From Monocercomonoides exilis PA203 (Eukaryota; Protista; Preaxostyla), in the NCBI GenBank assembly GCA_001643675.2, contig LSRY02000019.1:1364001-1428000 (forward strand): a stretch of DNA of 64,000 nt. Direction: 5' to 3'. The notes under the pieces are model-generated. The model did not search any database. It was not told the origin of the DNA and saw only the letters and a list, made by a program, of their open reading frames with translations. Of the stretch, positions 23,403 through 32,700 are shown piece by piece. The translations under genes were made by a program, and so were the position numbers. Each line of letters starts with the position of its first letter. The first letter of the stretch is position 1.

Positions 23403-25634
23403 CTAATAATATAGCATGTTTTCTCCTGGATTTATAACTTTCTTCGATTGAAGAGGCAAAAGAGGATTATGTTCAAACATCTTTTCCTTCAAACAACTTA
23501 TTGATTTTCTCAACTTCTCCATCTTCTCCCATCGCTTCTGTCTTTGCCAACAGTTCGGCCCTCCGCTCCTCTCTTCCTCCGTCCACAAAGGAGAAGCAAA
23601 GACAACAACAATCTGCGCCTCCTTTCCAATCTCCTTTCTCTTATCATCTGTGTTGGCTTTTCTTCCTTCCCCTCCTTTTCCCTTTCTTCTCTCCCGCCTC
23701 ATCTGCCTCATCCCACTTCCTGCATCATAAAATCTTCGCAGCATCTCCTCTGTATCTCTAACTCCAAGTATCTGCGATTCTCCTTCTCCTCCCTTTTCTT
23801 CTCCATCTCCAGTAAGCACCCTCAAACACTTCTTCCCGCTATTCTTTATTTTATCGCAACCATCATTCTTACAGCATTCATCATCTTCATTTCCGTCTTC
23901 TTCCTTTTCATCCTCTCTCTCCGAGCCTATCATCAGCCAATCTTCATGCTCTTCTTTGACATTTCCGCTTATTCCCTCTTTTTGTTCATTAAAAATTAAT
24001 CTTCCGGCTTCAAGCTCCTTTCCCAATATCATCCATCCGCTTAACTCTTCTACGAAACTTTGAATATGCTGTATCCATGCATTCCTTCTATTAGCATTCA
24101 TTACAAAAGATCCTTCTCCTATTGTTTCCTTTCCTCTCATCTCCACTTCACTCTTCCCATCTTCTTCGATCTCCTGTTCATCTGCCACTTCATCTGGCTC
24201 TCCAAATTGCAGCGGATCCAATAATCTCATTGAATGCTTCAAATCCTTTTGGAGAATATCTTCTTCATCGCCTTCCACTCTCCATCCTATTTCTTCCAAA
24301 ATTTTCTGCGAAAGTAGATTTGATGAAAACATTACTGCCGATGCTTCTTCCTCTTGCTTTCTCTTTTTGTTATCTCTTCCGCTCCTTCTGCTTCTTCTCA
24401 TCCCTCCATATCCTCCATATCTCAGATCTGGATTCTCTGTGTTTGCATCCAAGTCTTCGACACTTGCTCCTTTTCTCTTTGCTCGCTCATATCGCTCCAC
24501 CTGCCATTCCTCCCTTTCCATTCCCTCATTTCCTTCGCTCTCCTCTTTCTCCTCTCGCTCAACTTCCTTTTCTAAAACTCGCCTCTCGGCCTCTTCCCAC
24601 ATCCGAACCTCCTCCTCTATCTCTTCTCCGTTCTCCTTCTCCTCTGTATCACCAATCTTTCTTTCTGTCCCTCCTCCTGCACCTGCCCATTCCTTCCGCA
24701 CCCATACCCCAAACACCTTCCAATGCTTCACTGCATCTTCAATCTGCCTTCTCCATCGCAATATACGCTCTTTCCTCTTCTCTTGCCTTCCTCTCGTTCC
24801 AGATTCGCTTGATGCCTTCCAATCTTCCCATCTCCAGCGCTTCATCATCTCCCCTCGCTTCCTCTCTTCAAGCTCCCATCCTTTTTCTCTTCTTATCCCT
24901 TCCATCATTTCTCCTTCATTCATCTCCTTCTTTATCTCTTTCTTCTCCTCTTCTCTAGCCCACTCTTCTCCTTCCTCTTCATTGCTCATTCCTTTTATTG
25001 CTTCATCTGTGCTTTTTGCAAGTAGATTCTCTAATGTGTACTGATTCCTGCAACGACAATCCTCACTTTTGAAGCTTTTTCTTTTAAATCTGCTCCATTC
25101 CGTTCTTTCTGTCTCTGTATTTTTTTCTTCCAACTCTTCCAGCTTTCGCCCTTCGTCATATTCAATTCTCCCTTCTTCCTCTTTCCCATCCAATCCTTCC
25201 TCGCTTTCTATCAACGCGTGAATATTCCTTTCTGTCCCTTCCCTTGATATTGTTTCTGATGTGTTCATTTCCACCCAGAACGGAATAGACGATTCGCACT
25301 TCCCCCGCCACTCACTGCCAAGTCCAACGCATGTCGAACTCCAACCACTTTTCATGCCGCTTGTGCTTGTACTTGTACCACTCCAGCTGCTGCCCAACCA
25401 CCTACTGCTGCTTGCTTGCCATTTCGGAGAAAACAACTTTGTTGTCTGACGCTTTGCATACGCCCTTTCTGCTGCATCTCCATATGATTTTTTCTTTATT
25501 TCTTGATCTTTGTTTTTTGTACTTGAAAATTGTAAGCTGTGAGCAAGATCCTTTTGCATAAGCCAGAATCTTCCGCTTTCTTTTCTTTCTGGGTTCTCTG
25601 TCAATTTTCTTCGCAAATAATCAACTGTTATCAA
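23403..25634 (-). CDS. Hypothetical Glu/Arg/Gly/Trp-rich protein (743 aa ORF; true start uncertain)
   Basis: 2.2 kb open frame in an AT-rich background with an extremely purine-rich coding strand. No recognisable domain. The listed start is TTG, so a 5' exon may be missing. Confidence 0.5.
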   Translation of the reverse strand: MITVDYLRRKLTENPERKESGRFWLMQKDLAHSLQFSSTKNKDQEIKKKSYGDAAERAYAKRQTTKLFSPKWQASSSRWLGSSWSGTSTSTSGMKSGWSSTCVGLGSEWRGKCESSIPFWVEMNTSETISREGTERNIHALIESEEGLDGKEEEGRIEYDEGRKLEELEEKNTETERTEWSRFKRKSFKSEDCRCRNQYTLENLLAKSTDEAIKGMSNEEEGEEWAREEEKKEIKKEMNEGEMMEGIRREKGWELEERKRGEMMKRWRWEDWKASSESGTRGRQEKRKERILRWRRQIEDAVKHWKVFGVWVRKEWAGAGGGTERKIGDTEEKENGEEIEEEVRMWEEAERRVLEKEVEREEKEESEGNEGMEREEWQVERYERAKRKGASVEDLDANTENPDLRYGGYGGMRRSRRSGRDNKKRKQEEEASAVMFSSNLLSQKILEEIGWRVEGDEEDILQKDLKHSMRLLDPLQFGEPDEVADEQEIEEDGKSEVEMRGKETIGEGSFVMNANRRNAWIQHIQSFVEELSGWMILGKELEAGRLIFNEQKEGISGNVKEEHEDWLMIGSEREDEKEEDGNEDDECCKNDGCDKIKNSGKKCLRVLTGDGEEKGGEGESQILGVRDTEEMLRRFYDAGSGMRQMRRERRKGKGGEGRKANTDDKRKEIGKEAQIVVVFASPLWTEEERSGGPNCWQRQKRWEKMEKLRKSISCLKEKMFEHNPLLPLQSKKVINPGENMLYY

Positions 25635-26773
25635 ATATCAGATTATTTGTTTTATTTTTCTATTGTTCCGTCTGCGATACTTGAAGTTTCTGTTCTGTAA
25701 CAATCGATTCCGTTTTTTATTTTATTTCAAGTTGCATAATAAATTTTTTCATTGACTGTGGTTTTTTCAGCAATTAATCTTGTGAATCCTATATTTTTGA
25801 TTTCAAAAGAAATGGATATGTTGCCTTTTATCGAGAATGCAAACAGCAAAAAACAGTGTTTTTGTGGTTTCATTTTCATTTGGCCGAGATATTTTTACAG
25901 CAAAATTAAAGTGAAAATAAAAATAAGAAAAAATGATAAAGCAAATGATTTTTGATTGTTTCATTGTTGCATTTTTCCCATGTGCTATTATTTAATGTAT
26001 TCGAGGTAATTATGTTAAAAATTTTAGTGTTTTTTATGAGTTGGATTTATTTGTGTAAATTTTATGTTCAAATGGCTTTAAGAGAATGAATATTGTTAAT
26101 TTCAATTGATAAAAAATAGTTAACCAATTATTTTCATGTTGGAAATTTTTCTTTCAAAAATGTCCCAGGTTTTTGTGTTTTTTTGGTATTTGTTTTCATT
26201 CAGAGCTTGTTGCTTGAATTGAAGCTTTTTTTTGACTTGTCAAATTTATTTTTTTAATTTTTAATTTTTTATGAAGCTTTTAAGCAAACCAAAAAATGAT
26301 TTTTTAAATGAAAAGAGTATTCCAGAATTATGTTGACACTTTTAAACAAATTATTTTATTTCTACTCTCAAAGCTTTAAAGTGCCTTTTGACTTCACTAA
26401 TCTCAGAATTAATATGCTTCATTAAGGAAAACGTTGAACCAATCTTTTCTTCAATTTTTTTTTTTTTTGAAATATTGTTCTTTGACTAATTTTTTCATTT
26501 TGATTATTAATTAATATTGGTTTTTAATTGTCAATTTTCAACTCTTTAATTCATTGATGTATTTGTAACTTTTTATATGTTAACATTCCGATAATCTCAT
26601 TTATTTGTTTGCCAAATTGATCTTTTTTAAACTATTATTGAATTTTTTTTTTTTAATTTTTATTTTTAATCTTTTTAAAATTGCATCTTTAATTTTTTTG
26701 AAAGCCAAAAAATGGGATTAATGGGGCAGGAAGCAAAAGAAAGATATCTAATGGGTCAATATGATCTGGAAAG

Positions 26774-29700
26774 ATGATTCTTTCTCCATGTTATCTGCTG
26801 ATTGTTTCCTTTTTGGCAGCGAGTGTTTCATGTGAGCTCAAAGGCGATATGCTTCTTGATGGAGAAGATGCGAAGGGAAAAATCAAAGAGAGACAGGAAG
26901 GAAAAGAAAACACTTGGTGGGAAGAAAAGGGCGTGGAATGCTGGAAAAAGGAGGGAAAAGAGAAATGGCTTCAAACAGGAAGTGTGCGTTTCATAAGCAG
27001 GGATCTGGATGGAGTTTGGGTGAAGAGTGTGAATGCGTCTGTTTGTCTGAAGCGGCTGAAGATATTTGTGAGTGAAAACGTGGAAGTGATGAATGTGGGC
27101 CTTGGAAGTTTGGGGGAGATGAGCGAGTGCTGTGTGGTTGCAGAAAGTGGTGTGATGGGAAGTGTTGCAGGATCAGATGGTGGAATGGTTGTGTTGAGGA
27201 ATGTGAGTGTGGAAGGTGCGAAGAAAGGGATTGTTTTCGTTGGGAGTTTGGTGAGGGTTGGGAGATGTGATGGGAGTGACTGTGGATGTGTGGATTTGAG
27301 AGAAGGGGTTGTGAGGGATGTGAAGGTGATGATGGAAGGAACCCTCGTTGCCAGTTGCAGCGGAATACACACAGTTATGGAACAGATGGCGTTTGTGAAT
27401 GTGAGCAGAGCGGCGATGAAGAGGCAGATGACAGGAGAAGAGAAGAGAGAGAAGTGGAAGAAAGAAGAAAGGAAAAGTCAGCGTTTGGGGAATGGGAATG
27501 GAGAAAAGATGATTGGGTGTGTTGTGGAAGGAGTGGAATGGCCTTTGGATGGAGGCATTGTTTATGGAGCGAGCAGAAGCGGGCAGTACTTGTGGTGTGA
27601 AAACACAACAATGGAGAGGTGCGAAAGAAATGGAGTGAAGAGCAATTATGAAGAGGAGAAGAACATGGAAAGAAAAACAGTGAGCAGTGGAGACGAAACA
27701 TTTGTTGATTGCTCATTTTTTGAAACCTCAGCGACAAGTAGTCAATCAAATTCAGGAGGAGCGATCTTGTTCACATCAACTGGAAAATTGACTGTTGTGA
27801 GAACATCGTTTGAGAAATGTCATGCAGTTTATTGCGGAGGAGCAATATCCAGTCGCTTTGACGAATATTGCAAGATGGAAGTGGAAGAGTGCAACTTCAC
27901 ACATTGTTGGAGTGTGGCATCCGGAGGAGCGATTGATGCTCGGTATGTGAGTGAAGGGAGATGGGTAAAATGTCGATATGTTGAGGGAAACGTAACTCAC
28001 ATGGGAGGAGGATTGTTTTTGGAATTTGAATCAACAAGCAATATTGTCAATGAAAATGAGTTTGTGGGAAATAAAAAAATTGGGCAAACATATTACGGAG
28101 GGGCAGGATTAGTAATTCATGAAAACAGCTTTGCCTTTGTGACAGACTGTATTTTTATGAATGGGCACAGTGAAAAAAATGGGGGAGGGATATGTTGGGA
28201 TAACAAAACTGGACAAGCTGAATCAAAAGTGTTGTTTTGCTTCTTTGGAAACAACAGTGCAGCAAATGGAGGATCGGATGTGTACATCTGTGATGGATGG
28301 ACAAGCATTGATGAAAGCAGTTTTGTGTTGTGTCGGACGATATCTGAAGGCGAGGAAATGAGAGTTGTGAAAGGAAGCACATGTTACAGCGGTTGGGTGT
28401 TGAAAGGATATTTCAGCAAGATCCACATTGATGGAGAGGAAGGGATCGACCATTTGGGATGCGGGTCTGGTGGAGTGGAAGGAGAAGAGCGGAAGGGGAG
28501 GGGATGCAAAAGGATTGGGTATTTCAGAATGGTTGCAGATTTGACAAGAGAAGTGAATGTTATTGTGGGGAGAGGAAGATGCAAAGAGGAGAAAGTGGAG
28601 ATTGGAGACTTGTCTGTGAGTTTGAAGGGGGTGGGGAAGGAGGAGACATCCGTTGTTTTGAGAGGGAGGAGCGAAGAGGAAGAGGTGGTGCTGATTGGGA
28701 GTGGGAGCGGGATGTTTGAGGGGATGAGTTTTGCTCGAGTGGGGAAGGGGAAGAGGAGGAAGGAGGAGTTTGTTGTTGGAAAGAATGGAGGAGAGCTGCA
28801 GTTGGTGAAGTGCCAAGTGAGAGAGGCGAGTGCAGAGGAAAAGCTAAATGAAGAAGAAGGAGAAGGGGAAGGAGAAAGAAGAGAGGGAGAAGGGGAAGCA
28901 TTTTTGAGTGGGTTTGTATTGATTGTTGGAGGGAGAGTGGTGATGGAGTCAGTTGAGATGAGTGGGATGAGGGAGGATGGGTGTGGAGTGGTGGAGATGG
29001 GAGGGGTGAACGGAGAGTGGGTGGAGATGAAGAACACAGTGGTGAAAGAGGTTGTGCGGGAGAGAGGGAATGGGAGTGTTGTGGGAGGGAGAGTGGGAGA
29101 AGGAGGAGGAGTGGTGGTGGAGGGAGGGACATATCGGAATTGTGGGTGCTTGTCGGGGAGCGGGGGTTGGATGTGGATTGGTGTTGGGGAAGGAGGGGTT
29201 GTGTCGATAGGCAACACCACAGGCAGCGAGGGAGGAGAAAGCGAGAGTGCTGTGAGTGTGGAGGGATGCAGCTGTGGAGGAGAAGGAGAAGGAGAAGGGT
29301 TTGGAGGAGGGCTGTTTGTGGAAGTGGGGAAGGGGTGGAGAGGGTTAGAGATTATGAATGCGATATTCAGTGGATGTGTGGTTGGGGAAGGGAAAGAAGA
29401 GCTTGGAAGGGGAGGAGGGTTGTATATTGATGTTGTAGATGGTGGAGAAGGAGGGAAAGCGTTAGATGGAGTGGATGTGTTCCAGATTGGAAAAGTGAGA
29501 TTTGAGGGAAACCGTGGATGGGAAGGGAGAGATGTGTTTGTCAGGTGCAGTGTTCTTGGAGAAGTGGCAGACAGAGCTCATTTGGGGGATTGGTTTGTTC
29601 CATCAGAGGAGGAAAGAGAAGAGGATTGGAAGGAAGAGGAAGGGAAATGGGGAGGAGTGTGGGGTTGTGAGCGAAGCACCGCAGGAGATGAATTCGGGAT

Positions 29701-32700
29701 TCCGATTGTGGTGTATTTGTGGGAAGGAGCGAGAGAGCGGATGCATGTGGATGGGGTTGGAGGAGGGGATTTTGGGAGGTGTGGATTTGCAGTTGCACCA
29801 TGTGAGACAATCGCACAAGCAATCAGACTGCATGCAGCATTGATGAAGGAGCAAGGGATGGAAGAGATCCGAGTGAGCCATTCCTCTTTGATTGAAGAGG
29901 CGATGGTTCTGAGTGAAAATGAGATGCCAAATGGATTGGTTATCGTTGGTGATGAAGAAGGAAGCGAAGTGGCGTTTGGAGGAGAAAAGAGGAAACAGGA
30001 TTGTGGAGAAGGAATAAAGTGGAGAACAAAAGTGAATGAAATTGAAGAGAAGATAGGTTTTGTCAGGTCAAGTGTTCCATTTTCGTTGACAAACATCAAG
30101 ATTATGTTTGGAGAAGGGATGCTGGGATACCGATCATTTGTTCTGATGGAGGATGAGAAGTGTGTTTTGATGATGAAAGGATGCAGAATGGAGGGGAGAG
30201 GCGGAGAAGAAGGGGGAGAGATTGGATTTGTGTTTGTTGAAGGGATGATGGGAGAGCTGAAGGTTGAGGAATGTGTGTTCAAGGACTGTCTGTTGGGAAG
30301 GGAGCATTTGGTGGTGGGTGAGGGAATGAAGAGTGTGGTGATAAATGGAACACTGTTCTCTGGAATAGAAATGGGCAGCTCCAGTCTGATTGGGATATGT
30401 GGAGGAAGTGTTGGCGGAGCAAAGGGAAATGAAAGAAATGAAGAGAGAAAGAGGTTGTGGAGAGAGAATGGAGAAGAGAAGGCAAGAGTGAAAGTGTGGA
30501 TGGAGAAGTCGAACTTCACAAACATAACCTCGAGAGGCGAGAGCGGGGCGGTGATTGGAAGCAGAACAGGAGAAGTGATGGGGGTGGTGGATGTGAGAAT
30601 TGAGGGGTGTGAAATGAGAGTGTGCGTGAATGAAGGGTCTGAGGAAGGAGGAGGGGTGAAGTGGCGAGGAGGGTGGGAAGAGAATGGAGAAGGGCTGGTG
30701 ATGGAGAGCTGCACAGTTGCAGGATGCGAATGCTGTCGAACAAGTGGAAGGGGAGGGGGAATAATGCTGGACTGTGTTGGAAGGGCTGAGGGGAAAGAAG
30801 GAAATGGAGCAAATGGGATTGGAGGGTTTGCGATGAGGGGCATCTCATTCCTGTGGAATGAAGCATTTGTTGGGAAAGACATGTTTGTGAGGTGCTTGTC
30901 AATTGAGGAGCAGATGAAGCGGAGTGTGCTTGAGCTTGACACAGAGCAGGATTCTCTGTTGCGGAGGGATGCAGCGAATGCGAGCGATGAGGAAGAGAAG
31001 GATGTGGATCTGCTGGAGTGGCTGAGGGGGTATCAGTCTGTGTGGGTGTATGTTGCTGAGTCTGGGAAGGATGGGAGGCTGTGTGGATCAGATAGTGAGG
31101 CGTGTCGGAGTGTTTCAGGTGGGATGAGGCACATGGAAAGAGGAGCAGGGAGCACGATGTGGATTGTGGAGAAAGGGGTTGTGATGGAGAAGACGACTGT
31201 GGGAGATGTGTGCATCCGATCTTGGAAGCGGGGAAAGAAGTGCATTGTGAGTTTGGATAAGGTGGATGAAGCAAAAGTGCAGGAGGAGGGGGTTGTTTGC
31301 TTTGTGAATGAGAGCGAGGTGGTGGACTGTGTGTTTGAAATCGGGAAGCATTTTGAAGGGAGAGATGGAAGCGTGCTTCTTCAAGTGAATGGAACACTTG
31401 TGATGACAGGGTGCACAGTGAGGTTTGCTGAGCAAAGGGGAGTCCTGATGTGTGATGTGATGAGGATATGTGGAGGAGTGCTTGAGATGCGTGGGTGTGT
31501 GGTGGAGCAAATGGAGTGTGGGAAGGGTGTGCTGGTGTTTGGGAGTGGATGTAATGGAGTGTTGCGGGAGTGTATGATTGGGGATGTGGAGAGTGAGGGA
31601 GATGTTGCGAGGGTGGATGGTGGAGGGAGAGTGGAGATGAAGGAGATTGTCATGAAAGATGTGAGATTGCGGGGAGGAGCGAGCTGTGTGAGTGTGACAG
31701 GAAATGGGGCATTGAATGGAGAAGGAGAAGGAGGGAAGATGAGGATGTGGTGTGTGGAGCTTGTGAATGTGAGTGTTTCGAAGAGTGAGGGAAGTGTGCT
31801 ACATGGAGAAGGGCGAGGAGCAAAGACAGAGTGTGTGAACTGTTCGTTTGGGAGATGGGGGAGGAGGAGTGGAGAAGGAAGTGCAGTGCGTGTGAAAGGA
31901 GGATGTGAGCTTGAGATGGAAGCATGCATGGTGGATGGGACAGGGCATGAGGAGAAGGATGAAAGAGAGGAGTGGATGAATGTAGGAGGAGAAGGAGAAG
32001 GAAATGAGAAAGGGGTGTGCAGGTGGAATGAGTCAGCTGTGGAGGTGAGAAAGAGCGCAGGGGTTGTGATGGAGACGAGGATTGCGAACTGTGGTGAGGG
32101 AGGGATGAGCTTCAGTGGAGGGAGTGTGAAGATTGCGAAGAGTGAGTTTGAAGGGAATGGGGAAGGAGTTGCGAAGTATCCGTCTGCTCGGAGAAACATG
32201 TGGTGCAGAGAGGGAGGGAAGGTTGAAGTGGTGAGCCTTCGCGGGGGAGATGGGATGGAGAAGGGATCATCTATGTGGATGGTGAATGAAGGGTGTGAGA
32301 TGGGAGGAATTCTGGCAGCGAGAGAGTCTGTGCTGTTCATTCCGCAAGTAGAGAAAGTGGAGGTTGAGGAAGTTGGGGAGAGAGAGAAAGTGGTGTTTGT
32401 GGGGGAGTTGTTGCTTCCATGCAACTTATCATTCAAAGTGGAGAAGAGAATGGGTGAAGAAGCTCATGTGGAGAAAGGGGTGTTTGAGGAAGAGGGATAT
32501 ATTTCTGAGGGGATGGTGTTAGGGTGGACAAGCACTGCAGGAATCGGAAATGAAAACGAAAATGCAGAAGTGAGTGTGTGCATCCTGTTTGGGAATGCTG
32601 AATCTCCTTCTTCAACAAAGGAATTTATTTTGAAGAACGGAAGCGAGATTGCGCAAAAAGAAGATGAAAGAATCGTTGAAAAAGGAAAAGAAGGAAAATC

